Shown: positions 38,692 to 47,957 of the stretch, in pieces
How positions within the stretch are numbered: the first letter of the stretch is position 1
Layout: every line of letters starts with the position of its first letter
NCBI GenBank assembly: GCA_965212055.1
Contig: OZ243041.1
Location: forward strand, 79,914 to 143,913
Source: Fidelibacterota bacterium
Lineage (GTDB): Bacteria > Fidelibacterota > Marinisomatia > Marinisomatales > Marinisomataceae
Direction of reading: 5' to 3'
Length of the DNA stretch: 64,000 bases
Made by a program: the position numbers and the translations under genes
Notes under the pieces: model-generated
What the model saw: only the letters and a program-made list of their open reading frames with translations
The model's database searches: none
What the model was told of the DNA's origin: nothing

Positions 38692-41511
38692 TTATAAGCT
38701 CATATCTACACGAGCGTATAGATAACGTCCATTAAATCCAAAAGGACTATAACCAGAATGTTGGAATATTCCATTGAAACTATTTCTTTTAATAGTCTTG
38801 TCTGGGTATGTATCAAACGCATTGTTTACCCCTAAAGATAAACGTGTTTGACTAGATACCTGGAATGAATATTCAGCATCTACTGTCCATTTTGAAGAAA
38901 GAACTTGTTCTCTCTCTTCTGATCCAGATGGAATTGTTACTTCACCCCAATTGTTCAATTTCACCATGTAACTACATGTTGGTTTTTGAACCATTGCTGA
39001 GAATTGGAAAACATTGGAAGGACCAGAGTTTTCATATCTCACGGTGTTTGCACGTCCAAGAAGCACTTGACTTGTATAGTCTGCTAAATTGGAAGGAGTT
39101 TCAAGTTCTCCTTTATTGGTTACTTCAGTATCAGTGAAGTTCATTGCACTCTTAAGTAACAAATGTCCATTAGGGATATCAAAGTTTAGAGTAGAAACAA
39201 TATCTAAACCATTAGTCTCAGTGTCAACTCCATTAAAGAACCATCTACCAGCTGCTGCTGCGATGTTTCTTTCTTGGAAGAATTGAACCATCCCTGAACC
39301 CTTAAAGGTTTCAGTAAGTCCAATACGATCTTCAACAGTAATCTTATACGCATCTACTGCTAGTGAAGCCATATCATTCTTGAATGTCATACCAGCTGAA
39401 AGATTTTGTGAAGTTTCTGGTTCAAGATTTCTTGCACCAAGAGCTATTGCTGGTTCGGTATCAACAGGGAATGTTCCTACTTCATAAGGTATCCCGTCAA
39501 TAAAGTTAGTTGCAATAGATGAGAAATACGCTTCTTGTAATGCAGGAGCTCTAAAGCCAGTGCTTAAAGAAGCTCTTAATGCTAAGTTTTCTTGTAATTC
39601 ATATCTCATTGCAATTTTACCATTGATTGTGTTTCCAAAGTCACTATAATCTTCTGCTCTAATTGCTACACCGACAAGAAGATTATCAAGTACGTCAGCT
39701 TCTGCGTCAAAGTATACACTTAACGCATCTCTGTCACGATCGCCTTCGTTTGCAGGAGCAAGTCCTGGTAAACATTGACAACCAACAGCAGCGCTTGAAC
39801 CAGCACTTGGACCGTCTAATACATCAAATCCGCCATCAGCATATCCTGCTTCTTCACCAGCTTCAATAGTATAGTTTTCACTACGCATTTCTAAACCGAA
39901 TGCAAGATTTACTGGTCCAGCAAAACCTTCCATATCTATTACGGTTGTGAAATCAGCGTTCAGTGACGTCTGTGAATAACCTAGTGTTCCTAAGTCAAAA
40001 TCAGATTGTTGTCCTGCACTAGTACCATAAGTTGCGTTATGACTATTTTGCATTCCCCATGAAAAGTCATTGCCACCAGTGGTAACACTAATATCATATG
40101 CGTAATCCCCAATTAGTCCTTTCATACCAGCTGCAAAAGAGCTGTCAGTTAATTCTGGACTAATTAATGGTAAGAATCCGTCTGGATACCATGCACGAAG
40201 AGTACGATTATCTTGAGCTCTTCTATAATAACAGCCACTTTCTCCATTACGGGTATTAAATCCACCAAAAGTATAGAATGTTCCTCTTTCCATTGGGAAA
40301 CTACCATTCCACATCATGCTTACTTGTTCAAATTCTCCACGACCAATACGATGATTCTCTCTATCGAAAGAAGCTTCTCTTGGATCTGGAGTTACTGTAG
40401 CTGATGCACTTTTAGTGAGTTGTCCGTTTGCGTCTGTACCAAAGTACTGCATTCTAGGATCTAGACCAGTACGGTTTGTACGTCCACCTTCACGGATTTG
40501 TCCACTTATGTAAAGATTTCCACCAAACATGCTTAAACCACTACCAGCATGTAAGATTAAATTTTTACCATCGGTTTTCTTAACAGTTTGCATTCCACTT
40601 CTAGCCCAGCCTCTATCACCAGTAAATGGTAAATAGCCTGATCCGTTGTGGCCTGGATCACTGTCCCAACCGTAAGTATCTTCAGATTGGCCTGCAATTA
40701 ATGCTTCATCAGATCCGTATCCTCTTTCAAAGAAAGAGTAACTTTGACCATATGTTACACTAACATCTGCGCCACCTGTTTCTTTTAAAATGATGTTGAT
40801 TACACCGGCGATAGCATCAGAACCATATTTTGCTGCTGCACCATCACGCAATACTTCAATTTTCTGGATTGCGCTTGCTGGAATTGCATTTAAGTCAACT
40901 TGTGTTGAACCACGTCCAACAGAACCGTTAACATGCACTAGAGCACCTGAATGACGTCTTTTACCGTTTACCAGTACAAGAACATGACCCGGTGCCATAC
41001 CACGCAATGTAGCAGGTCTCATGTGATCTGAACCATCAGTAATGTAGCTACGAGGAGCGTTATAAGACGGAACTAAAGCTTGCAACAATTGACTTGTTTC
41101 AGTAAGTCCAGTTGCACGAATTTCAAGTTCTGTAATAACTTCCACAGGAACTGCTTGTTCGTCTGCATTTCTTTGGAAACGAGATCCAAGAACTGAGACT
41201 TCAGAACCAGCAACTGCACTAGATGATAGTGAAAAGTTTGCTGTTGCAGCGCCATCTACATTGACAGACACGCTTGAAGACCCATATCCGATATATGAAG
41301 CAGTTACAGTATAAGAACCGCTTGCTACACCGTCGACTGAATATGAACCGTCAGCTGCTGTTGCTGCACCTGATGATGTTCCTTCAACTACTACATTTGC
41401 ACCATAAAGGGCATTGCCCCCTGAGTCAGTAACGGTACCTGATACTGAACCCTGTGCAAACACAAAGCCGGTCATCATAACAAGTGCTACCATATTAAAT
41501 AGCTTTCTCAT
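38692..41511 (-). CDS. TonB-dependent outer-membrane receptor with an N-terminal CarboxypepD_reg-like domain
   Basis: Signal peptide MRKLFNMVALVMMTGFVFAQG, an Ig-like domain (GSVSGTVTD...YTVTASYIGY), a plug (AIPASAIQKIEVLRDGAAAKYGSDAIAGVINII) and a large barrel. I place the start at Met21 of the tracked ORF, which has an AGGA RBS. Confidence 0.9.
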   Translation of the reverse strand: MRKLFNMVALVMMTGFVFAQGSVSGTVTDSGGNALYGANVVVEGTSSGAATAADGSYSVDGVASGSYTVTASYIGYGSSSVSVNVDGAATANFSLSSSAVAGSEVSVLGSRFQRNADEQAVPVEVITELEIRATGLTETSQLLQALVPSYNAPRSYITDGSDHMRPATLRGMAPGHVLVLVNGKRRHSGALVHVNGSVGRGSTQVDLNAIPASAIQKIEVLRDGAAAKYGSDAIAGVINIILKETGGADVSVTYGQSYSFFERGYGSDEALIAGQSEDTYGWDSDPGHNGSGYLPFTGDRGWARSGMQTVKKTDGKNLILHAGSGLSMFGGNLYISGQIREGGRTNRTGLDPRMQYFGTDANGQLTKSASATVTPDPREASFDRENHRIGRGEFEQVSMMWNGSFPMERGTFYTFGGFNTRNGESGCYYRRAQDNRTLRAWYPDGFLPLISPELTDSSFAAGMKGLIGDYAYDISVTTGGNDFSWGMQNSHNATYGTSAGQQSDFDLGTLGYSQTSLNADFTTVIDMEGFAGPVNLAFGLEMRSENYTIEAGEEAGYADGGFDVLDGPSAGSSAAVGCQCLPGLAPANEGDRDRDALSVYFDAEADVLDNLLVGVAIRAEDYSDFGNTINGKIAMRYELQENLALRASLSTGFRAPALQEAYFSSIATNFIDGIPYEVGTFPVDTEPAIALGARNLEPETSQNLSAGMTFKNDMASLAVDAYKITVEDRIGLTETFKGSGMVQFFQERNIAAAAGRWFFNGVDTETNGLDIVSTLNFDIPNGHLLLKSAMNFTDTEVTNKGELETPSNLADYTSQVLLGRANTVRYENSGPSNVFQFSAMVQKPTCSYMVKLNNWGEVTIPSGSEEREQVLSSKWTVDAEYSFQVSSQTRLSLGVNNAFDTYPDKTIKRNSFNGIFQHSGYSPFGFNGRYLYARVDMSL

Positions 41512-41569
41512 TGTTTTTCCTTTTTTTATGTACATATTTAAAATATTTTTTATACTAACATAAAGATAC

Positions 41570-41600
41570 ACCCTTAGTATAGGATGCTCTTACCCTTAGT
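41570..41600 (-). repeat. Direct repeat ACTAAGGGT x2 (minus-strand reading), 22 bp start to start, in the receptor gene leader
   Basis: On the plus strand, ACCCTTAGT occurs at 41570-41578 and again at 41592-41600. Confidence 0.6.
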
Positions 41601-41606
41601 TCGTAT

Positions 41607-41635
41607 AAGTTATTGTAAGACGAGCTGAATGTCAA
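41607..41635 (-). promoter_or_regulatory. Putative sigma70-type promoter of the TonB receptor gene
   Basis: On the minus strand, TTGACA (41630-41635) is followed by a 17-nt spacer and TAACTT (41607-41612). Confidence 0.35.
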
Positions 41636-41655
41636 TATCTTAAAGAAACAGGCCT

Positions 41656-42387
41656 TTATCGTCTGCTTCGTAGTTTCATTAATAGATTTAGAATTTCAAT
41701 ATAAAGCCAAATTAACGTAATCATTAGTCCAAAAGCACCATACCATTCCATATATTTTGGAGCGCCTTGATTTGCACCTTGTTCAATAAAATCAAAGTCT
41801 AATACTAGATTTAAAGATGCAATACCAACGACAAAAACAGAGAATAAAATACCCGGTAAGTCATTGGAAAATAAGGATTCTGCGAACGAAATTTCAAATA
41901 AAGACGACAAAAGCATATTTAACATGTACACAATAAAAATGCCAAATGTAGCTGCAAAGATTCCAAGTCTAAAATTATCTGTTACCGCAATAAGCTTGCT
42001 TTTATACAACATCAGAAGAGCAGCTAGAATGCCAAAAGTAAGACAAATAGCCTGATTGGCAATTCCAGGATATATATCGTTAGCCCAGGCAGAAATTCCT
42101 CCTAAAAGCCCTCCTTCTAGTAAGCAATATATTGGAACTGTATAGGGCGCTGCTTTCTTATTAAAAATGGTGATTAATAAGAGAACAAACGTGGAGATAA
42201 TAATGGGTAAAAAATATCTAGAAGATAATTCAGGATTGTTCCAGGTATAAATAGCAGATGTCATTAAAAGCAACAAGCTCAATGCTGTTTTATTGACAGT
42301 ACCATCAATTGTCATTGGTTGTTCAGCAGATATATTTCTAGTGGATGAAAATGTTTTGCTATTCAAAGCTGGGTTTGCTGATCTCAT
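41656..42387 (-). CDS. Bax inhibitor-1/YccA-family membrane protein
   Basis: N-terminal MRSANPAL followed by about 7 TM helices, in a 243-aa protein. Confidence 0.75.
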   Translation of the reverse strand: MRSANPALNSKTFSSTRNISAEQPMTIDGTVNKTALSLLLLMTSAIYTWNNPELSSRYFLPIIISTFVLLLITIFNKKAAPYTVPIYCLLEGGLLGGISAWANDIYPGIANQAICLTFGILAALLMLYKSKLIAVTDNFRLGIFAATFGIFIVYMLNMLLSSLFEISFAESLFSNDLPGILFSVFVVGIASLNLVLDFDFIEQGANQGAPKYMEWYGAFGLMITLIWLYIEILNLLMKLRSRR

Positions 42388-42393
42388 AAACCC

Positions 42394-43824
42394 CTACTTT
42401 AAGAAATCACTGATTTTATTTTCGTCAATTCGAGTTTGTTTCATTGAATCTCGTTCTCGGATAGTAACGGTATTATCCTCAAGAGTTTGATGATCAATTG
42501 TTATTCCAAAAGGAGTTCCTGCTTCATCTTGACGATAATAACGTTTTCCAATAGATCCTTGTTCATCATATATACATGAATATTGTTGATTTAAATCACT
42601 AAAAATATTCATAGCTCTCTCTGGTAAATTATCTTTTTTAACAAGAGGACATATAACAGCTTTATTCGGAGCCAATGCAAATGGAAGTTTTAATACTACT
42701 CGGTTATTTTCAGTATCTTCGAAGTAAGCGTTGCATAGAACCATCAGAAATATTCTATTTAATCCAGCAGATGTTTCAATAATATAGGGATGATATTTTT
42801 TATTATTTGCAGAATCAAAATATGTCATATTTTTCCCGGAGATTTTTTCATGTTGTTTTAAATCAAAATCTGTACGATTATGAATTCCTTCAATTTCTCC
42901 CCAACCAAATGGAAATTTATACTGAATATCATATGCATCTTTTGCATAATGAGCTAATTCTGTATCGTCGTGTTGATGAAATTGAAGACTAGATTTACTA
43001 ATTCCCAATTGATTTAAATAAAAATCAAACCTCTTTTGTTTCCATAGCTCAATATTTTCTTTATCTTTTGATGGATGAACAAAATATTGCATTTCCATTT
43101 GTTCAAATTCTCTTGTTCTAAAAATGAAGTTTCTTGCAACAATTTCATTTCTAAATGCCTTTCCAATCTGTGCGATACCAAATGGTATTTTTAAGCGCAT
43201 GCTATTTTGAATTAAAAGATAGTTGATAAACATTCCTTGTGCAGTTTCTGGACGTAAGTAAATCTCTTTTCCAGTTTTTTCTGATGGACCTGAATCAGTT
43301 TTAAACATTAAATTAAATTGAACTGGTATTGTCCATTTTCCAATTGATCCTGAATGTGGATCTATAACTCCTGCTTTTTCCAATATTCCTTCACCATCAG
43401 CTTCTTTATCAAGAAGCGTGTGTGCAATTTGATCAAAAATAGAATTATCGTTAGTATTTTTGATGTTTAAAGAATCGCATAAAGCATCAATTACTTTACT
43501 TTTTTGTTGAGAAAGCAAGTCATCCACTCGGTATCTTTTTTTGTTATCTTTATTATCTGTCATTGGGTCATTAAAATTTTCTATGTGCCCACTTGCTCTC
43601 CAGACGTCTGGATGAACCATAATTGCACTATCAATACCAACAATATTTTGATGCAGTTGGGTCATTTCTTTCCACCATAACTCCGAGATTGATTTTTTTA
43701 ATTCAACACCCATTGGTCCATAGTCATAAGATGCTTTTAATCCACCATAGATTTCAGAATTAGGAAATACAAAACCTCTTCTTTTGCAAAGAGAGATAAT
43801 TTTGTCTAAATGTTTTTCGCTCAT
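42394..43824 (-). CDS. glyQS: Glycyl-tRNA synthetase (homodimeric class II type)
   Basis: Motifs GFVFPNSEIYGG, YLRPETAQGMF, FRNEI.ARNFIFRTREFEQMEMQYF and ETSAGLNR. Confidence 0.93.
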   Translation of the reverse strand: MSEKHLDKIISLCKRRGFVFPNSEIYGGLKASYDYGPMGVELKKSISELWWKEMTQLHQNIVGIDSAIMVHPDVWRASGHIENFNDPMTDNKDNKKRYRVDDLLSQQKSKVIDALCDSLNIKNTNDNSIFDQIAHTLLDKEADGEGILEKAGVIDPHSGSIGKWTIPVQFNLMFKTDSGPSEKTGKEIYLRPETAQGMFINYLLIQNSMRLKIPFGIAQIGKAFRNEIVARNFIFRTREFEQMEMQYFVHPSKDKENIELWKQKRFDFYLNQLGISKSSLQFHQHDDTELAHYAKDAYDIQYKFPFGWGEIEGIHNRTDFDLKQHEKISGKNMTYFDSANNKKYHPYIIETSAGLNRIFLMVLCNAYFEDTENNRVVLKLPFALAPNKAVICPLVKKDNLPERAMNIFSDLNQQYSCIYDEQGSIGKRYYRQDEAGTPFGITIDHQTLEDNTVTIRERDSMKQTRIDENKISDFLK

Positions 43825-43833
43825 TAGAATAAT

Positions 43834-44187
43834 TTAATCGAAAAAATACTTGTATAATATTGTTATACCAAATAATCCAAAAATAATTGGAATAATCCAC
43901 ATTAATAAATTAAATCCACTTGCAGGAGGAGTAGCAAGCATATTTACTCCAGGATATTTTTCTACATAATAGGTTTTAATTTCTTCATCGGTCATTCCTT
44001 GAATAATCATTTTCTTAATTTCTTCTCTCATATCAATTGCAATACCTGATTGAGATTGTTCTAAAGTTAGTCCTTCACAGACAGGACACATTAATTCTCG
44101 ATTTAATTTATAGAGTCTTTGTTCTAATGAGGATTGATATCCAAACATAATACTGCTTATAGAAATGGTTAAGATTAAACTTTTCAC
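43834..44187 (-). CDS. ccmH: Cytochrome c-type biogenesis protein CcmH/NrfF-like
   Basis: Signal peptide, LMCPVCEGLTLEQSQS, YVEKYPGVNMLATPP and a C-terminal TM helix. Confidence 0.75.
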   Translation of the reverse strand: MKSLILTISISSIMFGYQSSLEQRLYKLNRELMCPVCEGLTLEQSQSGIAIDMREEIKKMIIQGMTDEEIKTYYVEKYPGVNMLATPPASGFNLLMWIIPIIFGLFGITILYKYFFD

Positions 44188-46622
44188 TACTTTTTTTCTG
44201 ATAATAATTTAATACTTTCTTCTAATGTTAATTCATCTATTTTGTACCCTTTTAATGATACATTTTTATTACCATCTGTTACATAGGGTCCAAACCTTCC
44301 CGTTTTGATTAAAATTTCTTTTTTTGTTTCAGAATCAATTCCTAAAACTTTTGGTTCAAATTTTGCTTTTCTGTTTTTAATAAGTTCTATAGCACTATCT
44401 AAAGTAATTGTTAGTGGATTATCATTGGCTTTCATTGAAGCGTTTGTTTTACCACATTTTACATAAGGTCCATATCTTCCAAAATCGACGAATACATCTT
44501 CTTTTGTTTCAGGATTTTGTCCAAGATTTTTCGGTAAACTAAGAAGATCCTTTGCAATTTTTTCTGTTACATTTTCTATTCCAATGCTTTTTGGAATTGA
44601 CTTTCTTTTCTTAGAATCTAATAGCTCAAGATAGGGTCCATATCTTCCAACTTTTAATAGCATAGATTCTCCATTATCAAATTTTCCAATAATATTATCT
44701 TGATCTTGTAACTTAATGAGCTCTTGCACTGCTTCACTGTTTAAATCTCCAAGAAATAAGTCTTCAGGAATCGTGATATTTTTATCATTATTTTGAATAA
44801 ATGCTCCATATTGTCCTATTCTAATATCTATTTTGTTTGCGATAGGAATAGTACATGCCTTTTGGATATCTACTTTTTCTTCTAATAACTTTTCAACTCC
44901 TTGATATGTGTCTGTACCGTAATAAAATTCTTTTAAAATATCTGAATAACTGTTTTCAGATCGAGAAATAGCATCTAACTTTCTTTCCATATCTGCTGTA
45001 AACTGTTCATTGAAAAGTGCCAAATAATGATTTTCTAATAATTGAGTAATAGCAATCCCTATAAATGTTGGAATCAATGTTTTATTTTTTTTGATAACAT
45101 ATTCTTTGGATACAATTTTGTCTAATATTGATGAGTAAGTAGAAGGACGACCGATTCCTTTTGTTTCCATTTCTTTTACTAGCATTGCTTCAGAAAACCT
45201 TCTAGGAGGAATAGTGGTTTTTTCCTCAGATGATATGGTTTGATGTGTAATATTCGAAGATTCTGATAAACTAGGAAGAGAACCAGCAACAGATTTTTGA
45301 TTTCTTCCTAAAGCTTGTTCATATGCAGCAGTATATCCTTTAAATTTGGTTACATTTCCACTTGCTTTATAAATAGAGTTTCCATTTTTTATTGTAATAT
45401 TAGTACGTATATATTTAGCAGCTTTCATTTGAGAAGCCAATGTACGATTTAAAATTAAATCATATAATTGTGATTCATCTTTACCTAAAGTAGTAGCGAT
45501 TTCATTTGTTTCTTTAAAAGTTCTTCCTGCTGGTCTAATTGCTTCATGGGCTTCTTGTGCATTAGCAACTTTTGTTTTATACATATTAAATGAATCTGGA
45601 AGGAATTCTTTGCCAAATTTATTTTCAATAGAATGTTTCGCAGCAGATAACGCTTCGCTTGAAAGATTAGTAGAATCTGTTCTCATGTAAGTTATAAATC
45701 CTTGTTCATATAATTTTTGTGCAACCATCATTGTTCTTTTTGGAGAATATCCAAATTTTCTTGATGCATCTTGTTGAAGAGTACTAGTTGTAAATGGTGG
45801 AGGAGGGGAACTAGAAGTTGGTTTTGATTCAATTTCTACAATCTCCCATGGATTTTCATTCGATTCTTTTTTGATTTCTTCTGCTTTTTCTGTATCAATC
45901 AAGAGCAAATTTTCATTTTTTAAACCACTATCAAACTTGCCAAAATCATTACTTGTTGCAACTTTCTGTTCATCATAGTGAGTAAGTCTAGCTTTGAAAT
46001 TTTTATTACTACTTTCTTCAATGAGTTCTGCTTCAATTGCAAAAAATTTGTTTTTAATAAATTTATTTCGTTCTTTTTCACGTTTTACTAATAATTTTAA
46101 TGCTACCGATTGAACTCTTCCAGCAGACAACCCTTTTACCCTTAAGTTTCTTAATGTTTGCCATAAAACAGGGGAGAACGTAAATCCTACTAATCGATCG
46201 ATTGCTCTTCTAGCCTTTTGTGCATCTACTAAATTGTAGTTTATTTCTCTGCTATTATTTATTGCTTCCATTACAGCATTTTTTGTTATTTCTGTGAATT
46301 CTACACGTTCAACATCTTTATTAATTTCCTCAGCAATATGTGCAGCAATCGCCTCACCTTCTCTATCTGGATCTGTAGCAATTAAGATTCTATCAGCGAT
46401 TTTAGTTTCATTCTTGAGTTCAGTTATAAATTTTTTCCTATCAGCTATAGTTTCAATATCCATAGCAAAATCATTTTTGATATCAATTCCTAATTCTTTT
46501 TTTGGCAGGTCTTTAAAATGGCCAATGCTGGCTATTACTTTAGCGTGATCTATATATTTGCTTATTGTTTTTGTCTTAGAAGGCGACTCAACAATAATGA
46601 GTAATTTTTCTTGATTTGACAT
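44187..46622 (-). CDS. topA: DNA topoisomerase I
   Basis: Toprim LIIVESPSKTKTI, the active-site Tyr region GFITYMRTDS, and cysteine-free C-terminal GR(Y/F)GPY repeats. Confidence 0.96.
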   Translation of the reverse strand: MSNQEKLLIIVESPSKTKTISKYIDHAKVIASIGHFKDLPKKELGIDIKNDFAMDIETIADRKKFITELKNETKIADRILIATDPDREGEAIAAHIAEEINKDVERVEFTEITKNAVMEAINNSREINYNLVDAQKARRAIDRLVGFTFSPVLWQTLRNLRVKGLSAGRVQSVALKLLVKREKERNKFIKNKFFAIEAELIEESSNKNFKARLTHYDEQKVATSNDFGKFDSGLKNENLLLIDTEKAEEIKKESNENPWEIVEIESKPTSSSPPPPFTTSTLQQDASRKFGYSPKRTMMVAQKLYEQGFITYMRTDSTNLSSEALSAAKHSIENKFGKEFLPDSFNMYKTKVANAQEAHEAIRPAGRTFKETNEIATTLGKDESQLYDLILNRTLASQMKAAKYIRTNITIKNGNSIYKASGNVTKFKGYTAAYEQALGRNQKSVAGSLPSLSESSNITHQTISSEEKTTIPPRRFSEAMLVKEMETKGIGRPSTYSSILDKIVSKEYVIKKNKTLIPTFIGIAITQLLENHYLALFNEQFTADMERKLDAISRSENSYSDILKEFYYGTDTYQGVEKLLEEKVDIQKACTIPIANKIDIRIGQYGAFIQNNDKNITIPEDLFLGDLNSEAVQELIKLQDQDNIIGKFDNGESMLLKVGRYGPYLELLDSKKRKSIPKSIGIENVTEKIAKDLLSLPKNLGQNPETKEDVFVDFGRYGPYVKCGKTNASMKANDNPLTITLDSAIELIKNRKAKFEPKVLGIDSETKKEILIKTGRFGPYVTDGNKNVSLKGYKIDELTLEESIKLLSEKK

Positions 46623-46633
46623 TTTAGGAAATC

Positions 46634-46663
46634 AACTTACATCCTTTGTATGCTAATTGTCAA
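46634..46663 (-). promoter_or_regulatory. Putative topA promoter
   Basis: On the minus strand, TTGACA (46658-46663) is followed by an 18-nt spacer and TAAGTT (46634-46639). The -10 element ends 11 nt before the ATG, so the leader would be very short. Confidence 0.3.
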
Positions 46664-46664
46664 A

Positions 46665-46694
46665 AATTTATATATATAATTATATATATAAATT
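46665..46694. repeat. Perfect 30-bp all-A/T palindrome
   Basis: AATTTATATATATAATTATATATATAAATT equals its own reverse complement. It overlaps the hisS stop codon and lies immediately upstream of the candidate topA -35 box. Confidence 0.9.
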
Positions 46695-47922
46695 ATTGGT
46701 TTTTTAAAAAACTAAGAATTTGACTTTCTGAAACAGTATTTTCTTTTTTGGAGCTTAAATTTCTAATAATGATTTTGTCATCAATAATCAATATTGATGA
46801 TGCTTTATTTTTTATTGCATCTTTAATTTGATTTTTTACATTCTTTTTATTTGTATCAAAAAATATTTTATATCCATTATTAGTTATCTCTTTAATAATT
46901 TTAAAACCTTTAGATGCATGTTTTGTATCATTACAGCTAATATAGACATCAATGCTTTTGTTAGTTGGTTGTTGTTTTGATTCACGCATCATTCTTTCAA
47001 TTCCAGCAGCAAATCCAACAGCAGGCATCTTTGGTCCACCCATTTTTTCTACTAAAAAATCATATCTACCACCACCACAAAGAGCATTTTGTGATTGTTG
47101 GCTATCTGTAGTAATCTCAAATGTAGTACCATTATAATAATCTAAGCCACGAACAAGATGTGGATTTTCATTATACTTAATTCCTAATGCTTTTAGGTGT
47201 GATAATACTTCATTAAAATGAATGCCATCATTTTTTGAGATAAATTCTTTGATTAATGGAGCATTTTTTATAATTGATTGATCTTCTTTTTCTTTGCTAT
47301 CTAAAATTCGTATTGGATTTTTCTCAAGTCTTTTTTTAGATATTTGTGATAGCTTGTTTTTATTTTGATTAAAATATTTTTTTAATACTACTTCATATTG
47401 TGTCCTAGTTTCAGGACTACCAATACTGTTAATACTTAATATCGTATTATTAATCTTTAAGTCTGTAAAAAGTTTGTTTGCAATAAAGATTACTTCAGCA
47501 TCTTGTTCGCTATTGCTAGACCCAAATGCTTCAATTCCAAATTGATTAAATTGTCTTTGTCTTCCTTTTTGAGGCTTTTCTCTTCTAAATAATGAATCAA
47601 TATAATATAAACGACATAGTGGATGTTTTCTAAAAAATCCTGATTCAATATAAGCTCTTACAACAGGGGCCGTCATTTCTGGTTTGAGAGCTAATTGCTT
47701 TCCTGATTGATCTTGCCAACCAAACATTTCTTTCGAAACATCTGTTTCATATCCAATATTTTCTTGAAAAAGATTAATAAATTCTACTGCAGGTGTTCTG
47801 ATTTCTTCAAATCCAAATTGTTGACATGTCTGATGAATTATTGCTTCAATCTCTTGCCATAACTGTGTTTCAGGAGGAAGAATATCGAAAGTGCCTTTGA
47901 TTTTTTGGTATTTAGACTTCAC
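46693..47922 (-). CDS. hisS: Histidyl-tRNA synthetase
   Basis: GTG start. Motifs GTFDILP, LALKPEMTAPVVR, FRREKPQKGRQRQFNQ and GGGRYD. Confidence 0.93.
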   Translation of the reverse strand: MKSKYQKIKGTFDILPPETQLWQEIEAIIHQTCQQFGFEEIRTPAVEFINLFQENIGYETDVSKEMFGWQDQSGKQLALKPEMTAPVVRAYIESGFFRKHPLCRLYYIDSLFRREKPQKGRQRQFNQFGIEAFGSSNSEQDAEVIFIANKLFTDLKINNTILSINSIGSPETRTQYEVVLKKYFNQNKNKLSQISKKRLEKNPIRILDSKEKEDQSIIKNAPLIKEFISKNDGIHFNEVLSHLKALGIKYNENPHLVRGLDYYNGTTFEITTDSQQSQNALCGGGRYDFLVEKMGGPKMPAVGFAAGIERMMRESKQQPTNKSIDVYISCNDTKHASKGFKIIKEITNNGYKIFFDTNKKNVKNQIKDAIKNKASSILIIDDKIIIRNLSSKKENTVSESQILSFLKNQ

Positions 47923-47957
47923 AAAACAACATTAATAATTTTTTTAAGCAATAACAC

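Noticed and set aside
41512-41571. A 20-codon N-terminal extension of the TonB receptor ORF (MYLYVSIKNILNMYIKKGKT).
   Set aside because: A canonical signal peptide begins at the internal Met (MRKLFNMVALV...) and is preceded by an AGGA RBS. The extension would bury the signal peptide.
41512-41655. A cobalamin, TPP or other riboswitch in the TonB receptor leader.
   Set aside because: The leader is only about 90-140 nt, is A/T-rich, and lacks the conserved B12-box or TPP (CUGAGA...ACCUGA) elements.
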